A stretch of 64,000 nt of DNA from Leucoraja ocellata. Its lineage: Eukaryota. The DNA lies in the NCBI GenBank assembly GCA_036785375.1, contig JAWMAR010000313.1, forward strand, positions 992,001-1,056,000, read 5' to 3'. The notes under the pieces are model-generated. The model did no database searches, was not told the origin of the DNA, and saw only the letters and a program-made list of their open reading frames with translations. The translations under genes were made by a program, and so were the position numbers. Position 1 is the stretch's first letter, and each line of letters starts with the position of its first letter. This document shows positions 41,036 through 52,195 of this stretch, in pieces.

Positions 41036-41900
41036 ATTAGGGCTCTTAAAGATAGCGGAGTCAGGGGATATGGGGAGAAGGCAGGAACGGGATGCTAATT
41101 GGGGATGATCAAACATGACCACATTGAATGGCTCAAAGGGCCGAATGGCCTACTCCTGCACCTATTGTCTATTGTTAACATCTCTTTCTTCCCCATTATC
41201 TAGAGACCCAACAAATTATTCCAGGCAAACCAGTGATTCGCTTGCACTTCTTCCAATCTTATGTGCTCTACTCAGAATTCACACTAAATGAGAAACTAAA
41301 TGCAGATCTGCAGAGAAATTGGATAACGTCCACAAAATTCTGACCTCTGTCTGCAATCGCCTCTACTGTTACAACGCCCAGAGCAAGCTTTAGGAACAAC
41401 ACCTCATCTTCATCTGGGCACAATTTATCTTTCTGGTATCAATATCAAATTCTCCAATCTTGGTCTTTCTTTCTGTCTGTATCAGTAATGGTCAATTCAG
41501 CCAACATCTGTCATTTTTGGCCCGGTTACTCAATTTCCTTTGATGTAGCATTGCCTTCTGGGGCCTTTCCAGCACTATCCCCGAGCCCTGCTATTAGCAA
41601 CACATAACATAAACAAAGAAACATTGTCAACTTCTGGATGCCACATTATCTTTTTCAGTCTTACTCCAGCAGATATTTACTTTGTTTTACCCATTTCTTC
41701 CCAATTTTTTTTATAAATGTAAGCTAACTTGTATTTTTCTGGTTCCCAGTTCTAACACATGATCTTGGACCTTCATCTTCTCCTAAGAATCAGAGAAGGG
41801 TTACAGCATTCTGCTAATCAAACTAACCTGGCTTCTGGCAACAGCAATGGAGTCAGTCCAATAAGCGAGTTTGGTATCTCAATAAACACAAGGAATCATG

Positions 41901-42378
41901 ATACACAAAAAAGCTGGAGAAACTCAGCGGGTGCAGTAGCATCTATGGAGCGAAGGAAATAGGCAACGTTTCGGGCCGAAACCAAGGGTGGCTCAGCACT
42001 TCAACTCCCCCTATCATTCCGAATCCGACCTTTCTGTCCTGGGCCTCCGCCATGGCCTGAGTGAGGGCCACCGTAAATTGGAGGAGCAGCACCTCATATT
42101 TCACTTGGGCATTTTACACCAGTGGTATGAACATTGACTTCTTCAATTTCAGGTAGTCCCTGTTTTCTCCTCCCCTTCCCAGCTTTCCCCAGTCCACTGT
42201 CTCCGCCTCTTCCTTTCCTCTCCCCGCCCCCCCTCCCCCCCTCACATCAGTCCGAAGAAGGGTCCCAACCCGAAACGTCGCCTATTTCCTTCGCTCCATA
42301 GATGCTGCCTCACCAGCTGAGTTTCTCCAGCATTTTTGTCTACCTTCGATTTTCCAGCATCTGCAGTTCCTTCTTAAA
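41901..42378 (+). mobile_element. Penelope-like element 3' remnant with inverted pLTR
   Basis: VAQHFNSPYHSESDLSVLGLRHGLSEGHRKLEEQHLIFHLG (GIY-YIG C-terminus) from about 41988. pLTR has a mutated hammerhead core at about 42252-42279; inverted arm at 41901-41983. Confidence 0.8.
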
Positions 42379-42435
42379 CTAAGCAATGCCTACTCGCTGC
42401 AGAAACTTTTTTTCACCTACCTCTTTTGCAAAAGA

Positions 42436-42842
42436 GTAGTAAACACTGCCCAGTCCATCATCGGCTCTGACCTCCCTTCCATCGAGGGGATTTATCGCAG
42501 TCGCTGCCTCAAAAAGGCTGGCAGCATCATCAAGGACCCACACCATCCTGGCCACACACTCATCTCCCCGCTAACTTCAGGTAGAAGGTACAGGAGCCAG
42601 AAGACTGCAACGTCCAGGTTCAGGAATACCTACTTCCCCACAGCCATCAGGCTATTAAACCTGGCTCGGACAAAACTCTGAACATTAATAACCCATTATC
42701 TGTTATTTGCACTTTATCAGTTTATTTATTCATGTATATATATATTTATATAATGGTATAAGGACACACTGATCTGTTCTGTAATCAATGCCTACTATGT
42801 TCTGTTGTGCTGAAGCAAAGCAAGAATTTCATTGTCCTATCA
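42436..42842 (+). mobile_element. Rex1/Babar-like LINE 3' fragment with tail interrupted by two CR1 insertions
   Basis: AQSIIGSDLPSIEGIYRSRCLKKAGSIIKDPHHPGHTLISPLTSGRRYRS; tail pieces at 43085-43098 and 43622-43636. Confidence 0.75.
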
Positions 42843-43086
42843 TTCTTTACTCAGAGAGTGGTAGCTGTGTGGAATGAGCTTCCAGTGGAAGTGGTGGAGG
42901 CAGGTTTGATTTTTTCATTTTAAAATAAATTGGATAGGTATATGGATGGGAAAGGAATGGAGGATTATGGTCTGAGTGCAGGTAGATGGGACTAGGGGAG
43001 AATAAGTGTCCGGCACGGACTTGTAGGGCCGAGATGGTCTGTTTCCGTGCTGTAATTGTTATATGGTTATATGTTATATGGTTATA
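42843..43086 (+). mobile_element. CR1 LINE 3' end, subfamily B
   Basis: FFTQRVVAVWNELPVEVVEAG; flanked by TATCA duplication. Confidence 0.8.
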
Positions 43087-43095
43087 TCAGGGACA

Positions 43096-43624
43096 CATAG
43101 AAACATAGACAATAGGTGCAGGAGTAGGCCATTCAGCCCTTCGAGCCTGCACCGTCATTCAATATGATCATAGCTGATCATCCAACTCAGTATCCTGTAC
43201 CTGCCTTCTCTCCATACCCCCTGATCCCTTTAGCCACATCTAACCCCCTCTTAAATATAGCCAATGAACTGGCCTCAACTACCTTCTGTGGCAGAGAATT
43301 CCACAGATTCACCACTCTCTCTGTGAAAAATGTTTTCCTCATCTCGGTCCTAAAAGATTTTCCCCTTATCCTTAAACTGTGTGACCCCTTGTTCTGGACT
43401 TCCCCAACATCAGGAACAATCTTCCTGCATCTAGCCTGTCCAACCCCTTATGAATTTTGTAAGTTTCTATAAGATCCCCCCTCAATCTTCTAAAATCTAG
43501 CGAGTACAAGCCGAGTCTATCCAGTCTTACTTCATATGAAAGTCCTGACATCCCGGGAATCAGTCTGGTGAACCTTCTCTGTACTCCCTCTATGGCAAGA
43601 ATGTCCTTCCTCAGATTAGGAGAC
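43096..43624 (-). mobile_element. CR1 LINE 3' fragment, subfamily A
   Basis: ORF 43372-43626(-); flanked by GACACAT duplication. Confidence 0.85.
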
Positions 43625-43631
43625 ACATGAC

Positions 43632-44278
43632 AATAATAATAATAAATTTTATTACGGACTCAAGGTCCAGACAAGGGGCAACATTACATTAAAATTGCAT
43701 TGCATATCAAATATTAGAAATACATATAAAATCTTGGTGTATCACTTATAAAAACATCATAATTTATATATTTTTTTAAACAAAAAAAACCCCACAATAC
43801 ATAAGTTAAAAATCCAGATTAAAAGATGATCAATGTCCTACAACGAGACAACGATACCAGTGTCTCCACAACTGGGATTCGTAGCGTGTAGTGCTGACCC
43901 TTATGTTTGACAAGGCCACAATAAGCACATTTTTAAGAGTCATTTATCCTGCAAATGAATTTATACATGTGGTGTCTTAGGATAGCTTCTAAAGTACTGA
44001 CTCCTGCAGCCACAAACATATTACTGGCACTACGCCATCTAGGTTACCTTAGCAGTGTTATATGCCACCTTTAGTCTCTGCATACTTGTCTTTCCATAGT
44101 TCGACCACAGGTGCGCAGTGTAGAGTGGTGTGCAGTATGCTCTAAATAGCGACATCTTCACCACATCTGCACGCGCACCAAATTTACGCAAGAGAATATT
44201 CACCTGTACATACAGCATGCGTCGTTGCCTATAAATATCCTCATCATCTGTCATTTGTTCTGTAATAAAATGCCCTAG
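43632..44278 (-). mobile_element. Non-LTR retrotransposon 3' fragment (RTEX-like)
   Basis: ORF 44039-44254(-) DDEDIYRQRRMLYVQVNILLRKF..VKMSLFRAYCTPLYTAHLWSNY..MQRLKVAYN, with (tat)n tail. Confidence 0.55.
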
Positions 44279-44451
44279 AGTTAGATGTGGCTAAAGGGAT
44301 CAGGGGGGTATGGAGAGAAGGCAGGGATGGGATACTGATTTGGATGATCAGCCATGATCATATTGAATGGTGGTGCAGGCTTGAAGGGCCGAATGGCCTC
44401 TACTCCTGCCCCTATTTTCTATGTTTCTATGAGGGAGAATAAGAAGGGATG

Positions 44452-45018
44452 AGATAAAGACTTAAGACTTTTGCCTTCCACCAGTGAGGAGGTGCCTGGT
44501 GAAGTCACTGTGGTGGATGTTAATTTGTGTTTATTGTGTGTTTTGTCATTTTTACTATATGTAGGACTACAAGGCAACTAAATTTCGTTCAGACCACAAG
44601 GTCTGAATGACAATAAAGGCTACTTGTTACTTGCAACGCGACTTCTCCAGCCCGTGTCGCGGGTTGGAATGACCCGGAGCGGGTTGTGCATCGCCCGGCG
44701 CGGCTTCATGGACGTGGGACATTCCAGCGCCTGCCGGGGGCTCCAACTTCGAGACTTTTAGACCGGGAGCAGGGCCGTAAATCGCCCCGCGCGGCCTAAA
44801 ATGGCCGTGGGACTTATCATCGCCCGCCTGGGGCTTCGACATCGGGAGAGACATGGAGAACAGGGAGAAAAAAGACTTTGCCTTCCATCACAGTGGGTCC
44901 ACTGGACCCACTGTGATGGATGTTTGTGTGAATTAAATTGCGTGTATGTCTAGGAATTGTCTTTGTTTGTATGGCTGTGAAAACAAAATTTCTGACAATA
45001 AAGGGAATTGTATTGTAT
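44452..45018 (+). mobile_element. Two tandem related non-autonomous elements with internal hairpin and Rex1-type tail
   Basis: AAGACTTT.GCCTTCCA..CAGTG...CACTGTG.TGGATG...TGACAATAAAGG occurs twice (about 44460-44600 and 44870-45018). Confidence 0.45.
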
Positions 45019-45025
45019 ATGGTTA

Positions 45026-45446
45026 CTAGACCAAGTGCAGACCCGTTGGGTCTGCTCCCCCAATGGTGTGATCCCCCAACCCAATATTCCACCATGCACC
45101 CGTCTCCTCCGACGGAACTGAAGCCGTTCCCAAATGTAAGATTCCAGCGCTCCCCTACCTCCCTCAGCAGTGGATTAAAAAAAAAAATCCAATTGCACCT
45201 CCCCTGCCTGCTGCAGCAGTTCCAATTGCAATACCAATTGGCCCTCCCCCTCCTGTTGAAGCACTTGCTGTGATATCCCATTGAGGTGAAAAGTTCAGAG
45301 TGTTCCTGTCTTGCAACTTTGTTTTGAAGTGTGTTGGAAGCTGATAGGAAGGAGCAGCCGTCAACGAATCAAAAGGCAGAAAGGCAGCCGGACGGCACCC
45401 ACACTGTTTTAATATATAACTAGACCAAGTGCAGATAATAGATAGA
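45026..45446 (-). mobile_element. Non-autonomous Helitron
   Basis: Minus strand starts A|TCTATCTATTA and ends with hairpin GCAGACCC-AAC-GGGTCTGC followed by ACTTGGT-CTAG|T; no TSD. Confidence 0.7.
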
Positions 45447-45448
45447 TG

Positions 45449-46303
45449 TAGGTATGTTACAAAACCTACCTGAATCGTCATTGGGAATCTGCCCACAGCC
45501 ATGTCCGCGATTTTGGCGCTGTTTGGAGGGGCGGGTTAAAACGCGATTTTTACTAGGCTGTTCTAATCGCAGATGTTCAGCCTAGTAAATCATTAACGAA
45601 AAATCGCTGCAAGACCCGGTCGCAAAAGGTATTATTAGTTTTATAGGCCTCGATAATATAGTTATAATAGTTTTAAATTACTCTCTCATTCCGCAACCTC
45701 TCCAGCCCCAGGGTTTTATAAAGCAAACAATTAAAGGTATGTACCTTATTTTACATTAAATGGGGCATATATATAACCCTGTATATCAAGTTATCTATAG
45801 CGAGTAGTTCATTTTGGGCTTTTTATATCCCGCAGTATTTTTCTCGGCATTTGAGGGCACTAATCCAGCGCGATGTCAACGTTCTAAACCAGCGCGTTCA
45901 CATGAACCCACTAGAAAGCCGATTTAAATGGACATTTATTTACAGCAATTGAACACTAAATTCCTTCCATTTGGCCTATAAATTAATGTAAATTAGATAT
46001 AAAAATCATGTTATATTGTGAATTATTTGTGAATAATCTTTGGACACTTAGGCTATTTAAAAATGTTAATCTTTCCTTAAGAAATGGGCTTTTGACTATC
46101 CAAGATCACAGCTTTTTGTAATGTCCATTGAAATCAATAGGGAACAAGATGCTAATTTCCGAGTATGAAAATGGCCATAACTTTTTTTAATACTTGAGAT
46201 ATGAAAGTGAATTTGGTGTCAAATTAAACTTATTGTTATGCTTTATCTGATGGGATAAATTGCAGACTTGATTTTTAAATCTCAAAATTTTGTAACATTG
46301 CTA
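45449..46303. mobile_element. Putative non-autonomous TIR DNA transposon
   Basis: Imperfect TIRs: TAGGTATGTTACAAAA versus reverse complement of the right end TAGCAATGTTACAAAA (14/16). TSD not found. Confidence 0.5.
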
Positions 46304-46379
46304 CTAGTACACGCTGAAAAGCTCAAGGTAAGAGCATCACTCACTCAGCGCTATGATGGTACTTGTTTGATCTCTCAAC

Positions 46380-46662
46380 TCTTGGCTGCCGGGGCGGGAG
46401 TCTCCGGGCGTCGAGCTGTCGCCGTGAGGGGAGGAAAGAGAAGATGGCGGCGGAGGAGGAGGAGGAGGGAGAAAATGGGCGGGAACGTCAACGGGACTCG
46501 GCTCGCGCGGCAGAGGGCGGGCGGTGGCGGTTGGCGGTTGGGCTCTACGTCACCACGCTGACGCTCCGACGCGGCCACGTCATCGCGCAGGCCCGAGAGC
46601 GCGGGCCGGGACGAGGCGCGCGGCGAGTTCGTTAAACCGGCGTCTTCCTCTCACAGTCGACG
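46380..46662. promoter_or_regulatory. CpG-island promoter of POLR2G
   Basis: CpG-dense unique sequence directly upstream of the ATG. YY1 motif AAGATGGCGGC at 46441-46451, CRE half-sites (46486, 46548, 46559, 46578) and GC boxes. Confidence 0.75.
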
Positions 46663-46674
46663 ATGTTTTACCAC
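46663..46674 (+). CDS. POLR2G: RNA polymerase II subunit RPB7, exon 1
   Basis: ATG TTT TAC CAC|gtgagt = MFYH. Confidence 0.88.
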
Positions 46675-47073
46675 GTGAGTACACTCCGGTTATTTATTTA
46701 TCTATCTATCGATTGATTGATTATTTGATGCAATTCAATCGATCTGCAACGAAGACGGGGGACGGACGGTCGGTTGCTCGGCGAGTTGAAACCTGAGACA
46801 GCGTGAAGTACAGATACAAGTACAAATACAGAAGTACAGGAGTCGTTGTTGAGAACCATTAACTCCATCCGCAATACTGCTCTTCAATATCACTGAGAGC
46901 AGCTTATTTATTTAGGTCTCGGTATCTTCACATTAAATCCAGAATAGCCAGCCCAATTTGAAGAATTTTAGAGGAATCATGAGGGGTTAATGTCTCCGGA
47001 ATTGTAGGCACCTCCAGCAATGCCACCATCCCCCACTGGTTTATTTTGTTTTGGAGATACAGCGCAGAAACAG

Positions 47074-47458
47074 ACACTGGTGCAACTCCAGAGCAAACAA
47101 AATCATGAGAGACCTCTTCCACCCCTGCAACGGACTGTTCCAGCCGCTACGGTCAGGCAAACGCCTCCGCTGCCATGCAGTGAGAACGGAGAGGTTGAGA
47201 AGGAGTTTCTTCCCAGAGGCAATTCGGACTGTAAACGCCTTTCTCACCAGGGACTAACTCTACAGAACGTTTTTCCTTCTATTATTTATTATGTAAAAGA
47301 ATATGTGTGTTATGATTGTGTTTATAATTTGTTTGGTTGTTTTGTTGTTTGTCTTTTGCACTAAAGTCCGCAAGCATTGCCACTTTCATTTCACTGCACA
47401 TCTCGTATGTGTATGTGACAAATAAACTTGACTTGACTTGACTTGACTTGACTTGACT
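47074..47458 (+). mobile_element. Rex1/Babar-like LINE 3' end inserted in a minus-strand V-SINE (47039-47700)
   Basis: RANKIMRDLFHPCNGLFQPLRSGKRLR..RLRRSFFPEAIR; TGACAATAAA plus (cttga)n tail. Confidence 0.75.
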
Positions 47459-47869
47459 TCGGCCCAGTGAGTCCGTGCCGACCAGCGATCCCACGCACAC
47501 TAGGGACAATTTACAATTATACCAAGCCGATTAACCTGCAAACCTGCACGTCTTTGGAGTGTGGGAGGAAACCAGAGATCCCGGAGAAAACCCACGTAGG
47601 TCATGGGGAGAATGTACAAACTCCGTACAGCCAAGCTCCCGTAGTCAGGATCGAACCCGGGTCTCTGACGTTTTTAGGCAGCAGCTCTACCCGCTGTGCA
47701 ATCTGGAATTCCTGTTCGAATCTGTGGACCACTTCTGACCAGTTGTCATCTCCTCCCGTCCCAGCAAGGGTGATGCAGTCCTTCCAGACAATCCAGCCTG
47801 TTTGTTGTCTTAAAAACTTTCTGAAGCCCCTTGAAAATATTGATTATTCATGTTTTTCTTTCCTTGTAA

Positions 47870-47986
<117 letters not shown>

Positions 47987-48520
47987 TGAGTGAACAACCA
48001 GTCCTGTTTATAATGGAGGCGCAAGAAACTGCAGATTCCTCATAGAGCTTGCATTGAACACAAAGTGCTGGAGTAACTGAAGAAAGGCCTTGACCTGAAA
48101 CATCAGCTATTCATGTCCTCTGCTGATGCTGCCTGACCTGCTGAGTTACTCCAGCACTATGTTCCGGTTTTAAATCCTTATACAAAACCGTGTCTGGACA
48201 AAAAATATAGAAACAAGGAACTGCTGGTGTTCGTTTAACAAGGAAAGGCACAAAGTGCTGGAGTAACTCTTGGTCAGGCAGCCTCTCTGGAGAACATGGA
48301 TAGGTGACATTTTGGGAATGTTTCAATGTGAAGAAGAGTCCCAATCTGAAATGTCACCTCTCCATGTTCTTCAAGGATGCTGCCTGACCCTGAAGTTACT
48401 CCAGCACTTTGTGTCTTTTTGTGTACAACATATATTGTCTCATCTGCAAAAGTGTCTGATGCTGTTTTATCAGGGTCGACCATTGCCTGAGCAAGCCTTT
48501 TGCGTGGGCCATCTACCAGG

Positions 48521-48812
48521 GAGGCCCAGTGGTGCAGCCGGACGAGTTGCTGCTTTACAGCGCCAGAGACTCTGGTTCGATCCTGGCTACGGGTGCTGCC
48601 TGTATGGAGTTTGTATGTTCTCCGGGTGCTCCGGTTTCCTTCCACATTCTGAAGACATGCTGGTTTGCAGGTTAATTGGCTTGGTAGATATGTAGGTTAA
48701 TGGGCTTTGGTAAAATTGTTCCTACTGTGTAGGAGAGTGTTATTGTATGGAGTGATTGTTGGTTGGTGCGGGCACAGTGGGCCAAGGGCCTGTGTCTGCG
48801 CTGTAAAGTCTA
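48521..48812 (+). mobile_element. HE1-like V-SINE
   Basis: tRNA head, V-domain and tail. Confidence 0.7.
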
Positions 48813-48874
48813 AAGTCGTCAAGACTAAAGGTGATATCATTTATGACCACAGAAGGCCTGTTTCTATTTGGGGG

Positions 48875-49365
48875 GGACACACAAAATGCTGGGGAAACTC
48901 AGCGGGAGAACATGGACAAGTGATGTTTCAGGTCGGGACCCTTCAGACTGATTGCAGGGGTGGGTGGAAAGAAAGTTAGAAGAATGGAGGGCCAGGTCGT
49001 AAATGAGCTTGGCCGCAGGGCGTTTGAATAGGCAGAGAACGTTGGACAAAGGCCAGAGATGAACACACAAAGTGTGAGACAAAAAGATTAGAGAGTTGCA
49101 AATCGTGATGCTAGAGGATTGACGAGCTAATTGTGGAGCATGGGGAAGGAATATAAGTGGAGGTGGAGGAGGAGGAGGAGGAGGGGGGAGTTTGGGAAGA
49201 TGGGGAGCTGTTTTGTAGAGTTGATGTAAAGTTGGAGACATCAACGTTTATTCTGTTGGGTTGTAAGCTGCCTTGGGTAGCATCTATGAGGTCCTGTTCC
49301 TCCAGTTTGTGTGTGGCCTCACTCTGGCAATGGTGGAGGCCCAGGACAGAATGGTCCATACGGGA
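48875..49365 (-). mobile_element. Penelope-like element 3' remnant
   Basis: ORF 49111-49359(-) HSVLGLHHCQSEATHKLEEQDLI; pLTR at about 48875-48950. Confidence 0.65.
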
Positions 49366-50089
49366 TTGGGAATGGAGGTTAAAATGTATGTGTCCTCATG
49401 TTCCACCCAGTCTTTTATGAGGTTACCATATTTAAATATCGACAAGATAAAACTTGTTCAAACTTCTGGAATCCCTAAGGCTCTTTTTTAATTATAAGAT
49501 GGCAGGGAAAGAGCAGGAATAGCCAACCAAACGCCATGGCTTCATCTGCTTTGAGGAATCTGTGACTGCTTATATTATTTCTGTTTATATTGTGTGGCTT
49601 TATTCCGAGCCTGCCGATCAAACCAAACTAATGTAGGACTTTGGAAACACAAGGAACCGCAGCCACTGGGATCTTGCACAGAACACAAAGTGTTGAGTCA
49701 CTCAACAGGTCTCTGGGCAGCATCTCTGGAGACACAGGAAAGCAACTTTTCAGGTCAAACCTCCCTTCAGATGCAATAGATGACATCTCGGGTCGGGACC
49801 CTTTTTCAGACGCAATAGGCGACATTTCAGACCGGGACAATTCTTCAGACTTAAAAGGTCCGGAGAAGGGTCCCAACCCCGAGGACTGAACTTTCTGGTG
49901 CCTTTCTCCACAGCGGAAAATGTTGATGTTGAATTTTGAATTCATGTGGAATTCTATAATGTGTTGTGTCATATTTTTCTTTAAAAAAAAAATGTCTATG
50001 AGTGTACGGAAACCTAATTATTTTTTCTATGTAAAGCACTTTGGTTTCAACATGTGCTATATAAATAAAATCTACTTACTTACTTAGTC

Positions 50090-50590
50090 CATAGACACAA
50101 AATGCTGAAGTACCTCAGTGGGTCAGGCAGCATCTCTGGAGAAAGGGAATCGGTTCGGTTCGGTTCGGAACCCTTCATCAGACTGAAAGATAGGGAAGGC
50201 CAGAACAAAACAGGGATGGCAACAGATGACCTCAGGAAGGGGTGAGCCCACAATGGCCCATTGTTGACAGGGGAAGATGTGCTAACAATGAGGGTACAAG
50301 GATGCGAACAGTAGGATAATGAATCCCTAGATAGACATAAAGCTGGAGTAACTCAGCAGGACAGGCAGCATCCTGGAGAGAAGGAATGGGTGACGTTTCG
50401 GGTCGAGACCCTTCTTCAGAGATCGAGACCCGAAAAGTCACCGATTCCTTCACTCCAGAGATGCCTGTCCTGCTGAGTTACTCCAGCTTATTGTGTCTAT
50501 CTACACTTTAAACCAGCATCTGCAGTTCCTTCTTACACATGACCCTCCAGAGATGCTGCCTGACCTGCTGAGTTACTCCAGTTCTTTGTG
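50090..50590. mobile_element. Cluster of Penelope-derived pLTR hairpins; hammerhead core with GUC triplet at 50392-50419 (-)
   Basis: Reverse complement reads CTGAAGAAGGGTCTCGACCCGAAACGTC; inverted arms about 50330-50502. Confidence 0.65.
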
Positions 50591-50787
50591 TTCGAATATA
50601 GGACTTTATTCTGAGCCGAGCCATCATAACGTGATAGAATGTGGAAACAGGCCCTTCAGCCCCAACTTGCCAACACACTGACCAACACGTTCCAGCTATA
50701 CTAGTCCCACCTGCCCGCGTTTGGTCCATATCCTTCCAAACCGTGTTGTAAACTACAACATTAAGTTTTTGTTCCTTGATTTTGCAG

Positions 50788-50946
50788 GTATGATTTGTCA
50801 TCGCAGTCACAACCATAGACAACATTGGTGCAGGCGTCATTCAGCCCGGACGGGGATTTGTGCTGTACCCTGTCAAGTACAAGGCCATTGTTTTCCGCCC
50901 CTTTAAGGAGAGGTTGTCGATGCTGTGGTCACGCAGGTCAACAAAG
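50788..50946 (+). CDS. POLR2G: RPB7 exon 3 (three apparent 1-nt indels)
   Basis: ttgcag|G Y[G][38 protein letters not shown][G][12 protein letters not shown]|gtaatg. Needs +G near 50792, +G near 50908 and -A near 50944. Confidence 0.9.
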
Positions 50947-51003
50947 GTAATGTCATGGAGTATTTATTTCACCGTAGCTCCTGCGTGCAGTTACGCAAAA
51001 CAT

Positions 51004-51263
51004 TTAGAACCTAGAGATACAGCGCTGAAACAGGCCCTTCAGCCCACCATGTCCACCCCATACGCTAGCACTATCCTACACACTAGGGGCAATTTGCAGA
51101 AGGCAATTAACCCTACAAACCAGTGTGGGAGGAAACCAGAGCACTCAGAGAAACCCACATGGTCACAGGAAGAACGTTCAAATACCATACAGACAGCACC
51201 CGTAGTCAAGATGGAACCCAGGTCTCTGGCGCAGTGAGGCAGCAGCAGTATCGCTGTGCCGCC
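51004..51263 (-). mobile_element. HE1-like V-SINE
   Basis: Reverse-complement tRNA head and V-domain. Confidence 0.7.
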
Positions 51264-51668
51264 AACAATCCTTTTAAACAAAGGATTGTTCTATTATTTT
51301 TTTTCTCTGTTTATTTACAGGGGGACAGAGAATAAACATTACTTCACAATTCAGGGCATATTTCATTGAGCAGCTGTCAGCTTTGTCTAGTATGAAGCCT
51401 TTTCTGGCTTTGCTCTTAAACATTTAGCAAGAATTAGCTTGTGTCTGTTGGCAGCAGTCCAATTCACCCAGCTTTAACTTAATACTTAATTGCTGACTTT
51501 CCAATATAATATTCATATCCCCCAGAGATGCTGTCTCACCCGCTGAGTTACTCCAGCGCTTTATGCCTGCCTATTACGTGCATGGCTTTGTCCTGCCCTA
51601 TCTCTCTTCCAGCTTTCTTCCTCTACCACAATCAGTTTGAAGAAGGCCCCGAGCCAAAACATTGCTCC

Positions 51669-52195
51669 AAGTCAAGTCAAGTGAGTTTATTGTCATGTGT
51701 CCCAGATAGAACAATTAAATTCTTGCTTGCTGCAGCACAATTCTGTATTGTAAGCATAAATGCAGAACAGATCAGTGTGTCCTTATAGCATAGACCATAT
51801 ATATACACATAAATAAACAGCTAAAGTGCAATAGGTTGTTATAGTTTAGAGTTTGTTTGATGGCGAGTTTAATAGCCTGCTGGCTGTGGGAAGAAGCTGT
51901 TCCTGAACCTGGATGTGCCAGATTTCAGGCTCCTGTACCTTCTACCTGATGGCAGCGGAGAGATGATTGTGTGGCCAGGATGGTGTGGGTCCTTGAGGAT
52001 GTTGGCTGCCTTTTTGAGGCAGCGACTGCGATAGATCCCCTCGATGTTGGGGAGGTCAGAGCCGATGATGGACTGGGCATGGTCGCAACTTCTGCATTCT
52101 ATTCCGCTCCTGGACGCTCAGGTTGCCGAACCAAGCCACGATGCAACCGGTCAGCATGCTCTCTACTGTGCACCTGTAGAAGTTCGAGAGAGTCC
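51669..52195 (-). mobile_element. Rex1/Babar-like LINE 3' fragment
   Basis: Homologous to 42436-42842, with an intact tail GGGACACATGACAATAAACTCACTTGACTTG. Confidence 0.75.

Noticed and set aside
41460-41890. Minus-strand coding exons of a hidden small gene
   Set aside because: Some splice-like signals are present, but there is no recognisable protein and one implied intron is only about 45 nt.
37100-46300. C/D or H/ACA snoRNA cluster (SNHG1-like host)
   Set aside because: I found no properly spaced C/D box pairs with terminal stems by eye; a covariance-model search is needed.
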